Positions 46,549-56,775 are shown, counted from the first letter of the stretch. The stretch is DNA of 64,000 nucleotides from an uncultured Chloroflexia bacterium (GCA_963828165.1 CAWHDR010000001.1:2272001-2336000); one strand, 5' to 3'. Made by a program: numbers and translations. Notes: a model not told the origin generated them from the letters alone.

Positions 46549-48200
46549 GGTGCGCTCCCGGCGGCCAGCATGGACCCGGCTGCGGCGGCGACCACCTCGT
46601 CCGGGACGTCCGTGCGCACCTCCACGCCCTGAGCCGTCGGCAGGACCCAGCGCATCCGTCCGCCGCTGTGCTTCTTGTCCGTCCCGAGATGCTCGAGCAC
46701 CTGCTCCAGGGAGTAGGGGAGGGGTTCGCGGGCGAGACCCAGCGAGTCCAGCAGGCCCGTGATGCGGGCGGCCCGCTCCGGCGGCGTGTCCCCGGTCGCG
46801 AGGCCGATCCGGCACGCGGCTCGAAGGCCGTAGGCCACGGCCTCACCATGGAGCAGGTCGGCGTACCCCGCCGCCGCCTCGACGGCATGCCCAAGCGAGT
46901 GACCGAGGTTGAGCGTGATCCGTCCGCCGCGTGGGCCACGCTCTCGCTCATCGGCCACGACCACCTCGACCTTCGCCCAGGCGCAGCGTTCGATGAGCTC
47001 CGCCACGTGGCCGTGTTCGACGGCATCGCGCTCCCCAGCGGCGATCGCCTCGCCATGGCGCTCGAGCAGCTCGAACAGCCGCTCATCGCCAAGCGCGGCC
47101 ATCTTCACCGCCTCGCCGAGTGCCGCCCGCCGCTGCCGCTCCGGCACGGTCGCGAGGACGCCGACATCGATGACGATCGCGGTGGGCTGGTGGAACGCGC
47201 CGACGAGGTTCTTGCCCTCCGGCAGGTCGACCGCGGTCTTGCCGCCGATGGAGGAGTCGATCTGGGCGACGAGCGTCGTCGGGACATGCACGATCGGGAC
47301 GCCACGCAGGTACGTCGCCGCAAGGAAGCCTGCGGCGTCGCCCAGCGCCCCGCCACCGACGGCGACGACGGGCTCGTCGCGCTCTGCCCGAAGCTTTGCC
47401 AACTCGCGTGCCGCGGTCTCGATGACCGACAGGCGCTTGGCCGCCTCCCCCCCGGGAAGCATCACCGTCGCGACGGTCCAGCCGGCGCGGGCGAGGCCCG
47501 CGGCGAGACGCTCACCCGTGGCCGCCCACGCCCCAGGTTCCGACACGAGGATCGCGCGTCGCGCCTCCAGCCGGTGAAGTGTCTCCTCGACGGCCATCGC
47601 CGCGATGCCATCACCCAGCACGATCCGGCCGATCGGCGTGGCCGTGCGTAGCAGCGTGGTCGGGTGGTCGCCGGTCGTCGTGCTCCGTTCCGCGAGGTCC
47701 CGTTCCACCCGCGCCACCACTTCCTGGACCTCCGCCACGCCCGCGACGTGTACGTCGGCCGCGGCGTAGAAGCGTTCGCGTCGCGCAGCGAGATCGCGGA
47801 GCGTGCCGATCGGGTCGCGGCCCGTGACCAGCGGCCGGACATGCGGGGAGCGCCGGAGCCGCTGGGCGAGGACCTCCGGCCGGCTGTCCAGCCAGACGCT
47901 CAACCGCCCGCGGTACAGCGCCCAGCGGTTGCGCGGATCGACGACCGCGCCACCCCCCGTCGCGACGATGCGCCGGAGCTCCGGGTCGGGGTCCGGAGGC
48001 CCCAGGTCCGCGACGGCGCGGCGTTCGAGGATGCGGAATGCCGCTTCCCCATCCTCTTCGAAGATCCGCGGGATCGGGCGCCCGTCCTCGTGTTCGATCC
48101 GCTCGTCGAGGTCGATGAAGACGGCACCGTGCCGGTGGGCGAGGCGCTTGCCCACGACGCTCTTGCCGCTCCCGGGCAGCCCGACGAGCACGACGTCCAT
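46545..48200 (-). CDS. aroKB: Shikimate kinase / 3-dehydroquinate synthase fusion
   Basis: GLPGSGKS, GEAAFR, ATGGG; GGGALGD, RGVP..VPTTL, GGKTAV, KNLVGAF, LNLGHS, HGEAV, DKK. Confidence 0.93.
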   Translation of the reverse strand: MDVVLVGLPGSGKSVVGKRLAHRHGAVFIDLDERIEHEDGRPIPRIFEEDGEAAFRILERRAVADLGPPDPDPELRRIVATGGGAVVDPRNRWALYRGRLSVWLDSRPEVLAQRLRRSPHVRPLVTGRDPIGTLRDLAARRERFYAAADVHVAGVAEVQEVVARVERDLAERSTTTGDHPTTLLRTATPIGRIVLGDGIAAMAVEETLHRLEARRAILVSEPGAWAATGERLAAGLARAGWTVATVMLPGGEAAKRLSVIETAARELAKLRAERDEPVVAVGGGALGDAAGFLAATYLRGVPIVHVPTTLVAQIDSSIGGKTAVDLPEGKNLVGAFHQPTAIVIDVGVLATVPERQRRAALGEAVKMAALGDERLFELLERHGEAIAAGERDAVEHGHVAELIERCAWAKVEVVVADERERGPRGGRITLNLGHSLGHAVEAAAGYADLLHGEAVAYGLRAACRIGLATGDTPPERAARITGLLDSLGLAREPLPYSLEQVLEHLGTDKKHSGGRMRWVLPTAQGVEVRTDVPDEVVAAAAGSMLAAGSAP

Positions 48201-48209
48201 CGCCCGGAC

Positions 48210-49532
48210 CTAGTCGTCGCCGCCCGAGCCGGCTTCGTCCGACCCGGTCAGTCCATGCGCCGGTACTCCGGTGTCGGGCCCGGCCACCCCGCCGGTCCGC
48301 CTGCCACCGGCGACGGGTGCTTCCGGTGTCCGCTCGATCCGCGCCCGGTACGTGGCCAGATTCGCGACGACGTCGTCGATCGTGTCGCCACCCATCTTCT
48401 CCATCACGAAGGCGGCGAGGGTCAACATGACCATCGCCTCGGCGACCACTCCGGCAGCCGGCACGACGCTGATATCGCTTCGCTCGTAGTGCGCCTTGTC
48501 GACCGCCTCGCCGGTGATGAGGTCGGCCGATGGAAGCGGTCGGGCGAGGGTCGAGATCGGCTTGACCGCGCCACGGACGACGAGCGGCTCCCCGTTGGTC
48601 ACGCCGCCGGTCAGCCCACCGGCATTGTTCGAGCGATGGACCCAGCGCCCGCCGTCATCGCGTCCGGCGATCACGTCGTGCACTGCCGAGCCGAACCGCC
48701 GGGTCTGCTCGAACCCGAGCCCGAACTCGACGCCCTTGACGATGTTGATGCTCATCACCGCCGCGGCCAGCGCCGCATCGAGCCGGCGGTCCCAATGGAC
48801 GTATGAGCCAAGACCGATGGGCAGGCCGTGGGCGACGACCTCGAACACGCCGCCGATCGTGTCGCCGTTCGAGCGTGCCTCATCGATCCGGGCGATCATC
48901 GCTGCCTCGGCGGCCGGGTCGGGGCAGCGCAACGGCGAGGCGTCGGCCTCCTCGCGCGCGCGGGTGCAGTTGGCCGGGTCGACGGCCACGCCGCCCACCT
49001 CGGCGGTGAACGACCAGACCTCGATGCCGAGCTCGTGCAGGAAGGCGCGGGCTACGGCCCCCGCCGCGACGCGGGCCGCGGTCTCGCGCGCCGAGGCGCG
49101 CTCGAGCACGTTGCGGACGTCGTTGAAGCCGTACTTCAGCGCACCGGCCAGGTCGGCATGGCCGGGACGGACGCGCGTGACTGGCGTTGCCCGCTTGTCG
49201 CCGCCCTCAGCCTTGTCACGCAGGGCCTCGGCCGCCTCGTCGTCCAGGGCCCCGACCTGCATGACCGTCGTCCAGTTCTCCCAGTCACGGTTGCGGACGA
49301 GGAGCAGGACCGGCGAGCCGAGCGTGCGGCCGTGCCGGACCCCGCCGAGGATCTCGGCCCGGTCCTGCTCGATCGCCTGACGAGCGCCGCGGCCGTAGCC
49401 CTTCTGGCGCCGTGACAGGTCGATGGCGATGGCATCCTCGCTGAGCTCGAGCCCTGCGGGGACGCCCTCGACCGTGACCCCGAGCGCCGGCCCGTGCGAC
49501 TCCCCAGCGGTGAGGAAGCGGAAGGCGGTCAC
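48210..49532 (-). CDS. aroC: Chorismate synthase
   Basis: TAGESHG, RPGHAD, ERASARETAARVA, NNAGGLTGG, KPISTL. Confidence 0.96.
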   Translation of the reverse strand: MTAFRFLTAGESHGPALGVTVEGVPAGLELSEDAIAIDLSRRQKGYGRGARQAIEQDRAEILGGVRHGRTLGSPVLLLVRNRDWENWTTVMQVGALDDEAAEALRDKAEGGDKRATPVTRVRPGHADLAGALKYGFNDVRNVLERASARETAARVAAGAVARAFLHELGIEVWSFTAEVGGVAVDPANCTRAREEADASPLRCPDPAAEAAMIARIDEARSNGDTIGGVFEVVAHGLPIGLGSYVHWDRRLDAALAAAVMSINIVKGVEFGLGFEQTRRFGSAVHDVIAGRDDGGRWVHRSNNAGGLTGGVTNGEPLVVRGAVKPISTLARPLPSADLITGEAVDKAHYERSDISVVPAAGVVAEAMVMLTLAAFVMEKMGGDTIDDVVANLATYRARIERTPEAPVAGGRRTGGVAGPDTGVPAHGLTGSDEAGSGGDD

Positions 49533-50422
49533 TCCGCCGCGGCCGCCGCCGGTTCGCCGGTGGGTTCGCCCTCGGCCGAGCGCAGACCGCCTGCTCGAGC
49601 CTCGGCGAGCTTTGCCTGCATGAGGTCGAGGGGCGCCGGTTGCCCGGTCCAGAGCGTGAACGCCGCCGCTCCCTGGTGGAGCAGCATCAGCTCCCCGTCG
49701 GCCACGGTCGCGCCGGCCGCATCGGCATCGCGCAGCAAACGCGTGCGGTTGTAGATGAGATCCAGCACGAGCAGCTCGGCATGGAGGGCGTCGGCCGGGA
49801 TCGGGCTGATGTCACTGGTCAGCCCGATCGATGTCGCGTTGACCAGGACCTTCGTCTTCGCGAGCTCGGCCTCGATGATGGATTCGTGCCACGGCATCGC
49901 GCGGAGCTCCATGTGCGCCGCGGTCCGTCCGAAATGCTTCACGAGACCCTCGGCACGGTGCAGGTGACGGTTGAACACGACGATCCGCTGGAAGCCTTCG
50001 CGGATGAGGCCGTACACCACGGCGCGGCCACCGCCGCCAGCCCCCAGGATCACGGCCTGGCGGGGCATCTTCTGGCGACCGACGAGCTTGTCCAGCGCGA
50101 CCTTGAAGCCGGCCACGTCCGTGTTGTGGCCGATGAGTCGCTTGCCCTCGCGGGTGAGCGTGTTGACGGCGCCGGTGAAGGACGCCTCCTCCGTGAGGCG
50201 ATCGACCATCGGCACGACTCGCTCCTTGTGCGGGATCGTGACGTTGGCGCCGAGGAAGTCGTCGCCCCGCAGCTCCCCGATGGCGTCGGCAAGCCCGATC
50301 GGGGGGCGATCCCAAAGCTCGTACTTCGCGTCGATACCGAGCTCGTCGAAGGCGGCCTGCTGCATGGCACCCGAGAGTGAATGGGCAACCGGATGGCCGA
50401 TGAGGACGACACGTTTCGTCAT
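49529..50422 (-). CDS. aroE: Shikimate dehydrogenase
   Basis: [42 protein letters not shown]. Confidence 0.94.
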   Translation of the reverse strand: MTKRVVLIGHPVAHSLSGAMQQAAFDELGIDAKYELWDRPPIGLADAIGELRGDDFLGANVTIPHKERVVPMVDRLTEEASFTGAVNTLTREGKRLIGHNTDVAGFKVALDKLVGRQKMPRQAVILGAGGGGRAVVYGLIREGFQRIVVFNRHLHRAEGLVKHFGRTAAHMELRAMPWHESIIEAELAKTKVLVNATSIGLTSDISPIPADALHAELLVLDLIYNRTRLLRDADAAGATVADGELMLLHQGAAAFTLWTGQPAPLDLMQAKLAEARAGGLRSAEGEPTGEPAAAAAE

Positions 50423-51819
50423 GCTCGCACCCCTTCGAGGTCGCTGAAGAAGCCCGGATAGGAAACGGCGGCCGAGTCCGGTCGCTCGATGGTCATCGGT
50501 CCGGTCGCGACGAGTCCGGCCACCGCGAACGTCATCGCCAGGCGGTGATCGTCGAGGCTGTCGGTCGTCGCACCGCGCAACGACGCACCGCCCTGGATGC
50601 GCAGGTCGTCGCCGTCCACCTCGACGTTCGCGCCCATCGCGCGAAGGCCGGCGACCATACCGGCGATCCGGTCCGACTCCTTGTGCCGCAGCTCGCCCGC
50701 GCCGCGGATGGTGGTCGTGCCGCGGGCCTGGGTCGCGGCGAGGCACAGCACGGGGACCTCGTCGATGGCCGCCGCGACATCCTCCGGAGACAGGTCGATG
50801 GCGCGCAGGTCGGACGACCGCACGATGAGATCGGCCATCGGCTCGCCGACGTCCGGATCGGCGCTGGTGGAATCGGGCTCGACGCCCGCCGTTTTCCCGA
50901 CCGGGTGCTCCTCGATCTCGGCGCCCATGGCCCGCAGCAGGTCGATGACCGCGCGTCGTGTCGGGTTGACGCCGACGTCCCGGAGCGTCAACTCGGCGTC
51001 GGGATGGATGGACCCGGCGACCAGCCAGAAGGCGGCCGCGGACACATCGCCCGGCACTCGCTGGTCGATCGCCTGCACCGCCATCCCTCCTTCAACCGTC
51101 CAGGCCACGCCACCATCCCCATCGGCCCGGTCGACGGGCACCCCCCGGGCCCGCAGCATGCGCTCGGTGTGATCGCGCGTCGCCACCCGTTCCCGGACCG
51201 TCGTCCGACCCTCGGCTCGCAGCGCCGCCAACAGGATGGCCGACTTCACCTGGGCCGACGGCACGGGTGTCGTCACGTCCACCGCCCGGAGCGGGGTATG
51301 CCCGACTACGGTGAGGGGAGGGAGGGAATCGTCGTCTCGAGCGTGGAGCTCCGCGCCCATCCGGCGCAGTGGCTCGATGATACGAGCGACCGGACGGCGG
51401 CGCAACGAATCGTCCCCGTCCAGGACGCCGGTCAGCGGCAGGCCGGCGAGCATGCCGGCGATGAGTCGCAGACTCGTGCCGGAGTTGCCACAGTCCAGCG
51501 TGCGGGCGGGTTGCGTGAGGCCGTCCGCGCCGGGCGAGTGGACCCGGTAGCCAACGTTCCGGCCACGGCCGGGTGCGCCACCGCGCTCCGCTGCGCCCTC
51601 GGCATCGCCGTCCGGCTCCACGCGTGCTCCGAGCGCCCGCATGATCGCGGCCGTCGATCGCACGTCGGCGCCGTCGCCCGCCCCAAGGATCCGGCTCTCC
51701 CCGGCAGCCAGCGTCGCGAACAGGAGCGCCCGGTGGCTGATCGACTTGTCGCCGGGCAGCCGCAGCTCGCCGCGCAATCGGGCGGCGGGTCGGACCGTGG
51801 CGAGATCCGTGTGGATCAC
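50419..51819 (-). CDS. aroA: 3-phosphoshikimate 1-carboxyvinyltransferase (EPSP synthase)
   Basis: [47 protein letters not shown]. Confidence 0.95.
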   Translation of the reverse strand: MIHTDLATVRPAARLRGELRLPGDKSISHRALLFATLAAGESRILGAGDGADVRSTAAIMRALGARVEPDGDAEGAAERGGAPGRGRNVGYRVHSPGADGLTQPARTLDCGNSGTSLRLIAGMLAGLPLTGVLDGDDSLRRRPVARIIEPLRRMGAELHARDDDSLPPLTVVGHTPLRAVDVTTPVPSAQVKSAILLAALRAEGRTTVRERVATRDHTERMLRARGVPVDRADGDGGVAWTVEGGMAVQAIDQRVPGDVSAAAFWLVAGSIHPDAELTLRDVGVNPTRRAVIDLLRAMGAEIEEHPVGKTAGVEPDSTSADPDVGEPMADLIVRSSDLRAIDLSPEDVAAAIDEVPVLCLAATQARGTTTIRGAGELRHKESDRIAGMVAGLRAMGANVEVDGDDLRIQGGASLRGATTDSLDDHRLAMTFAVAGLVATGPMTIERPDSAAVSYPGFFSDLEGVRA

Positions 51820-52901
51820 CGCGGGCCCGATCGATCGCTGGCCCCGACGGCCGTGGCCGCGCCAGCCTGGACCGGCGCACCGTGGAGACCGCGGACCTGC
51901 GCGTGGATGGGCACGAGGTCCGTCATCAGGTCCCGGAACTGGTCCAGAGTGAGCTGCTGCTCGGCGTCGGACAGGGCGTCGTCCGGTGTGGGGTGGACCT
52001 CGACCATGACGCCGTCCGCTCCGACCGCGACACCACCGAGCGCGAGCGGCTTGACGAGCCAGCGCTTGCCGGTGGCGTGGCTCGGATCGACGATGACCGG
52101 AAGGTGGGTCAGGTGGTGGAGCAGCGGGACGGCCGCAAGGTCCATCGTGTTGCGCGTGTACGTCTCGAACGTCCGGATCCCGCGCTCGCACAGGATGACG
52201 TTCGGGTTCCCGGAACTGACGATGTACTCGGCGGCCATCAGGAACTCCTCGATGGTCGCGCCGTAGCCACGCTTGAGCATGACCGGTCGCGCGACCCGGC
52301 CCATCTCGCGGAGCAGCGAGTAGTTCTGCATGTTCCGGGTCCCGATCTGGAGGATGTCCGCGTACTCGGCGACGATGTCGACCTGGGACGGCTCCATCAC
52401 CTCGGTGATGATCGGCAGCCCGGTGCGCTCGCGTGCCTCGGCGAGATAGCGCAGGCCCTCGACGCCCAGGCCCTGGAAGGAGTACGGGCTCGTGCGTGGC
52501 TTGAACGCCCCGCCGCGCAGGATCGTGGCCCCGGCGGCCTTGACCGCATCGGCGGTCTCGAACAGCATGTCGCGGCTCTCGACCGAACAGGGGCCCGCCA
52601 TCATCGTCAGTGAGCCATCGCCGATGACCGCGTCCAGGACCCGGACCACCGTGTCCTCGGGCCGGAACTCCCGGGACGTCAGCTTGAACGGCTGGCTGAT
52701 CGGGGTGACCCGCTCGACGCCAGCCAGCGCCGACAGCCGCTCGACCAGCACCGGCTTGCGTCCGCCGATCTCCCCGACCACGGCGATCACCACGCGCTCG
52801 TCCCCGACGTGATCGAAGGGCGTCAGGCCCTCGGCCAGGATCCTGCTCTTGACTCCGAGGACCTCGGCCTCACTGGCGCCGACGGTCATCACGACGAACA
52901 T
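51816..52901 (-). CDS. aroF: DAHP synthase, type I-beta with N-terminal regulatory domain
   Basis: [48 protein letters not shown]. Confidence 0.95.
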   Translation of the reverse strand: MFVVMTVGASEAEVLGVKSRILAEGLTPFDHVGDERVVIAVVGEIGGRKPVLVERLSALAGVERVTPISQPFKLTSREFRPEDTVVRVLDAVIGDGSLTMMAGPCSVESRDMLFETADAVKAAGATILRGGAFKPRTSPYSFQGLGVEGLRYLAEARERTGLPIITEVMEPSQVDIVAEYADILQIGTRNMQNYSLLREMGRVARPVMLKRGYGATIEEFLMAAEYIVSSGNPNVILCERGIRTFETYTRNTMDLAAVPLLHHLTHLPVIVDPSHATGKRWLVKPLALGGVAVGADGVMVEVHPTPDDALSDAEQQLTLDQFRDLMTDLVPIHAQVRGLHGAPVQAGAATAVGASDRSGPR

Positions 52902-52928
52902 CGCGGTGCGGTCTCCTCGTCGGTCGGC

Positions 52929-52961
52929 CAAACAAAAAAGCAGAGGTGTGACCTCTGCTTC
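52929..52961 (-). terminator. Intrinsic terminator (attenuator) upstream of aroF
   Basis: Minus strand AAGCAGAGG-TCACA-CCTCTGCTT followed by TTTTGTTT. Confidence 0.85.
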
Positions 52962-53008
52962 GTTTGCCCGGCACGACCTGTGCCCCCGGTCCTATCGACC
53001 GGGAACGT

Positions 53009-53044
53009 TCATGCCGGGCATCGAAAATAGAAGTAGCGGTCCAT
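53009..53044 (-). CDS. Tyr/Phe-rich leader peptide MDRYFYFRCPA
   Basis: ATG GAC CGC TAC TTC TAT TTT CGA TGC CCG GCA TGA lying between a promoter and a terminator. Confidence 0.8.
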   Translation of the reverse strand: MDRYFYFRCPA

Positions 53045-53054
53045 GCGTGTGCGG

Positions 53055-53083
53055 AGTGTGCCGAGCGCCGCGCTCGATGTCAA
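53055..53083 (-). promoter_or_regulatory. aro operon promoter
   Basis: TTGACA-17-CACACT on the minus strand. Confidence 0.7.
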
Positions 53084-53676
53084 CGCGCGTCGGGCTCCGC
53101 CAGGGCGCGCGACATGATGGCCGCGACCACGTCGGTCTTGGCGTCCGCGTAGTGCTGGACGTATTTCCAGTCCCGCGCCGCCAGGTCGTGCTTCGTTCGT
53201 TCGTACAGCAGGCGGTCCTCGTCGTGGCTGCGGAGCCAATCACGAAACGCCAGCATGCGCTCGATCTCCGTGGTCCCGACGGTGAAGACGTGGATGTTCG
53301 ACGCCGGATCCGATCCCTTGAACAGCCGATGCTCGAACCATTCCGGCTCGCGGATGCGGAGCACGTAGCCCGCGGCCTCCATCGGCGGCACGTAGGCGTC
53401 CTCGTCCGTCGAGTCCGGGACCGCCAGCACGATGTCGATGATCGGCTTGGCCGAGAGCCCGGGGACCGACGTCGATCCGACGTGCTCGAGGAGCCTGACC
53501 TGATCGCCCAGCGCGTCCCGAATGCGTGTCGCCTCCTCTTCGAAGGCAGTCGCCCAAGCCGGGTCGTAGTCGTCGAGGAGGACCGGACCCGCCAGGACCA
53601 CGAGCTCCCCGATCGTCACGTCGCGCAGGGCCTCCTCGCTGGCCGCCTGGGACATCGGTGGTCGCTCGTGAGTCAT
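53080..53676 (-). CDS. GrpB/UPF0157 family protein
   Basis: YDPAW...F..E, EHVGSTSVPGLSAKPIIDI, FRDWLR, YERTK, YADAK. Confidence 0.9.
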   Translation of the reverse strand: MTHERPPMSQAASEEALRDVTIGELVVLAGPVLLDDYDPAWATAFEEEATRIRDALGDQVRLLEHVGSTSVPGLSAKPIIDIVLAVPDSTDEDAYVPPMEAAGYVLRIREPEWFEHRLFKGSDPASNIHVFTVGTTEIERMLAFRDWLRSHDEDRLLYERTKHDLAARDWKYVQHYADAKTDVVAAIMSRALAEPDAR

Positions 53677-53688
53677 GCGCGCTGCGGC

Positions 53689-53846
53689 CTACTCGAACCG
53701 GTCGAGCAGCGCCTCGGCCTGGAGCTTGCCCCAGCCGCGGAGGCTGGCTCGGTCGAAATAGACCGAGACGGCCATGTACAGGTGGTGGGCGCTGAGCTCA
53801 CTGCCGATCTGGGCGATGACAGCTTGCGCAGGTCGCCACTGATCAC
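53689..53846 (-). pseudogene. Ferritin gene remnant (frameshifted, truncated)
   Basis: GGAGG RBS, GTG; VISGDLRKL then a shift into IAQIGSELSAHHLYMAVSVYFDRASLRGWGKL; stop after about 52 codons. Confidence 0.6.
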
Positions 53847-53940
53847 AATGGTCCCTCCGAATCTGGCGAGTGCACGTGGCCGGATCGGTGGGTCCGGCCG
53901 CTCGTCGGCCTCATGATAGGATGGCGCCCGCCGTATCGAC

Positions 53941-54032
53941 GGAGAGGTCGCATAGAGGTCTAGTGCAGCGGTTTGCTAAACCGCCATGTGGGGCAACCTG
54001 CATCGAGGGTTCGAATCCCTCCCTCTCCGCCA
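53941..54032 (+). tRNA. tRNA-Ser(GCT)
   Basis: Anticodon stem GCGGT/ACCGC, loop TTGCTAA, long variable arm, GCCA end. Confidence 0.95.
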
Positions 54033-54055
54033 GACCTCTCCGGTCCCGGCATCAT

Positions 54056-54131
54056 GCGCCCGTAGCTCAGTGGATAGAGCGTTAGGTTGCGGACCTAAAG
54101 GTCGTGAGTTCGAGTCTCGCCGGGCGCGCCA
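54056..54131 (+). tRNA. tRNA-Arg(GCG)
   Basis: 76 nt cloverleaf; acceptor GCGCCCG/CGGGCGC; anticodon stem TTAGG/CCTAA, loop TTGCGGA; A in D-loop (GGATA); CCA end. Confidence 0.93.
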
Positions 54132-54142
54132 ACAATGCTTGA

Positions 54143-54568
54143 TCACCGCGGTGGCTGGCCGTCCTTGAACTGCGCCCAGGTCTGCGTGGCGAGGTCGCGG
54201 ACGGCGTCGTCGTCGATCTGCTCGGGCCTGGTGATGTTGATGCAGCTCCGGCCGATCTTCGTGCCCGGAAACCGGTGGTGCAACGTCTCCACGAGATAGC
54301 CGCCCGAGCCGGTCGCCATCGAGAAGAGCGAGATGTAGCTCTTGCGGCTGGCCAGCCCGACCGAGAACCACTCGCCGACAGGGCCCTTGCTGTTCGAGTA
54401 GGTGTACGTCCCGTAGCCGATGAGCGGACCGCCGTAGTCCCACATCCGGACGTCCGCGGCAGGTAACGCCGCCAGCAGCAGGTCGTGCAGACGCTGCATG
54501 TGCGACCGTCGCGGCTCCGGCAACGATTCGATGTGCGCCTGCGCCTTGTCCTTGTCATCCGTCGTCAT
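54143..54568 (-). CDS. DUF1801 (YdhG-like) protein
   Basis: IGYGTYTY, EWFSVGLASRKSYISL, GRSCINI; GGAGG RBS. Confidence 0.8.
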   Translation of the reverse strand: MTTDDKDKAQAHIESLPEPRRSHMQRLHDLLLAALPAADVRMWDYGGPLIGYGTYTYSNSKGPVGEWFSVGLASRKSYISLFSMATGSGGYLVETLHHRFPGTKIGRSCINITRPEQIDDDAVRDLATQTWAQFKDGQPPR

Positions 54569-54619
54569 CCAACCCTCCCGTGTCGCGATGGTAGCGCGGC
54601 TCTGATGCGGCGAGCCGCG

Positions 54620-55810
54620 TCAGGAGGCGACGACCGGTGATCGTTTGCGAGGGTTCGAGCGGAGTGCCGCGTCGGACACGGTGATCGCCGCCGCCCCGGC
54701 GACGCCCACGAGGCTGAGGAGCATCGTCACCTCGAAGCCGAAGACCGCCACGACCGGAGCACCGCCGATGCTGCCGATGACCAGGGCCACCGCCAGCGCC
54801 GCCGAGAACAACGAGAAGGCGCTGCCACGGTCCGCGTCGGCGCTGCGTCGTGACAGCTCCACGAGCATCGGCGTCATCACGAGTCCGCCCCCGGCGCCAC
54901 TGAGGAGTCCCGCAGCGACGAGCAGGGGCGTCGTCGGGGGGAGTGCCACCAGCAGGACCGCCAGCGCCGTCGCCGCGAGGCCGGCAAGCATCAGCAATGC
55001 GGGTCGCATCCGGTCGGCGAGCCAGCCCGACGGGACGCGGCTGAGCAGGATGGCTACGCCGTCGGCAGCGAAGAAGAGGCCGATGTCGGCGCCCGCGGCC
55101 TCCGCGCGCTGGGGGAGGTAGGCGATGATCACCCCCCAGTGCACGATGAACAGGATGACGATCGCGATGATCGGCGCCCAGGTCCGTCGGAAGGCGAAGC
55201 CAAGCCGCCGGCGAGCCTCGCGCAACGGACGCTCATCGTGGCCGCCCGCTCCCGTGCCGGAGCGGAACCGGAAGGTTCGGATCCAGACCAGGGTCAGGCC
55301 GATCAGGACCGAGACCGTCATCACCAGCGCGACCCCATGCAGTGACGTCACCGACAGCACGACCAGGGACAGCGGCGGGATCGCCACGAGGGTCAGGTTG
55401 TGGGCACTGCCCATGAACGCCAGGGCGAAGCCGCGCCGCGCGGGTTCGGTCAGATGCGGGACGAGCGACAGCGCCGCCGGCAGCGTCCCGGCGATCCCGA
55501 TGCCCTGGAAGATCCGGGCGACGACGAACGGCCCGGCCGGCCCGCCCGGCTCGACGCCGGGGAGCAGGAGGATCCCGCAACCGACGAGGTAGGCGAGCCC
55601 CCCGATCGTGAGCATCCGGAGCCCACCCAATCGATCGACGATGACGCCCGCCAGGAACGCTGCCGGCACCTGGACGAGCGCCGCCACGCCGACGATGAGC
55701 CCGATCTCGGGATCCGGCACGCCGGCTCGAGCAAGCGCCACCGGTAGCGACGCGGTGAAGCCGTGGAACCCGGCCTGGACGGCGAACAACGCGAGCGCGA
55801 GTCGGAGCAC
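54620..55810 (-). CDS. MFS transporter
   Basis: About 12 TM; GVIVDRLG, ARIFQGIG, GWLADRM, DRGSAFSLF; start uncertain. Confidence 0.85.
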   Translation of the reverse strand: MLRLALALFAVQAGFHGFTASLPVALARAGVPDPEIGLIVGVAALVQVPAAFLAGVIVDRLGGLRMLTIGGLAYLVGCGILLLPGVEPGGPAGPFVVARIFQGIGIAGTLPAALSLVPHLTEPARRGFALAFMGSAHNLTLVAIPPLSLVVLSVTSLHGVALVMTVSVLIGLTLVWIRTFRFRSGTGAGGHDERPLREARRRLGFAFRRTWAPIIAIVILFIVHWGVIIAYLPQRAEAAGADIGLFFAADGVAILLSRVPSGWLADRMRPALLMLAGLAATALAVLLVALPPTTPLLVAAGLLSGAGGGLVMTPMLVELSRRSADADRGSAFSLFSAALAVALVIGSIGGAPVVAVFGFEVTMLLSLVGVAGAAAITVSDAALRSNPRKRSPVVAS

Positions 55811-55893
55811 GCCCCAATCATCCCGGTGTTGCCGCCATCGCGCGCCACCATCGCGCATGGCGCCGTCGATGTCGAAGCCCGTACCATCGCGAG

Positions 55894-56775
55894 ATGCAGC
55901 GCGTGGCATTCCTCGGTCTCGGGACGATGGGCGCAGCGATGGCCGCGAACCTGGCTCGTGCCGGCTTTCCGGTCGCCGCGTGGAACCGGACCCCCGACCG
56001 CGCCCCGGAACTGCAGGAGCTCGGCGTCACCACGGCGTCGAGCCCCGCGGATGCGGCCTCGAACGCCGAGATCGTCGTCATCTGCGTGTCGGATACGCCC
56101 GATGTCGAGGCCGTGCTGTTCGGGCCGGAAGGCGTCGTCGAAGGCGCCGAGCCCGGCACCCTGATCGTCGACTGCTCGACCATCGCCCCGTCTGGCAGCT
56201 GGGACTTCGCCGCTCGACTCCGGGAGCGCGACCTGCGCATGGTCGACGCGCCGGTGTCGGGCGGTTCGGAGGGGGCGCGCAACGCGACCCTCACGATCTT
56301 CGTCGGCGGCGCCGAGCGCGACGTCGAGCACGCCCGACCCGTGCTCAACGCGCTCGGCCGGACGATCACCCACGTCGGACCCATCGGCGCGGGGCAGGCG
56401 GTCAAGGCCGTCAACCAGGTCATCCTCGCGGGCACCTACCTCGGCGTCGCGGAGGGCATCGTCCTCGCCATCAAGGCCGGTCTCGACGTCGAACAGGTCG
56501 TCGAGGCGCTCGGCGGGGGAGCGGCCCAGAGCTGGGTCCTCGCCAATCGCGCCGGCCGGATGATCGACAACGAGTACCCGCTGGGCTTCAAGGTCGCGTT
56601 GCACCGCAAGGACCTCACGATCGCGCTCGAGCTCGCCGCCCAGCTGGGTGCCGCGCTACCGGTCAGCGCCCTGGCCGCCCAGCTCGAGTCGGGGCTCATC
56701 GCCCGGGGACATGCCGATGACGACATGTCGGCCCTCGCGCGCGCGATCCGCGGTCTGTCCGGCCTCGACGACTGA
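55894..56775 (+). CDS. Beta-hydroxyacid dehydrogenase family (3-hydroxyisobutyrate / tartronate-semialdehyde reductase-like)
   Basis: FLGLGTMG, WNRT, DCST, DAPVSGG, GQAVKAVNQ, KDL. Confidence 0.92.
   Translation: MQRVAFLGLGTMGAAMAANLARAGFPVAAWNRTPDRAPELQELGVTTASSPADAASNAEIVVICVSDTPDVEAVLFGPEGVVEGAEPGTLIVDCSTIAPSGSWDFAARLRERDLRMVDAPVSGGSEGARNATLTIFVGGAERDVEHARPVLNALGRTITHVGPIGAGQAVKAVNQVILAGTYLGVAEGIVLAIKAGLDVEQVVEALGGGAAQSWVLANRAGRMIDNEYPLGFKVALHRKDLTIALELAAQLGAALPVSALAAQLESGLIARGHADDDMSALARAIRGLSGLDD

Noticed and set aside
46545-48200. AroK-AroB fusion as a novelty
   Set aside because: A well-known fusion in several bacterial groups
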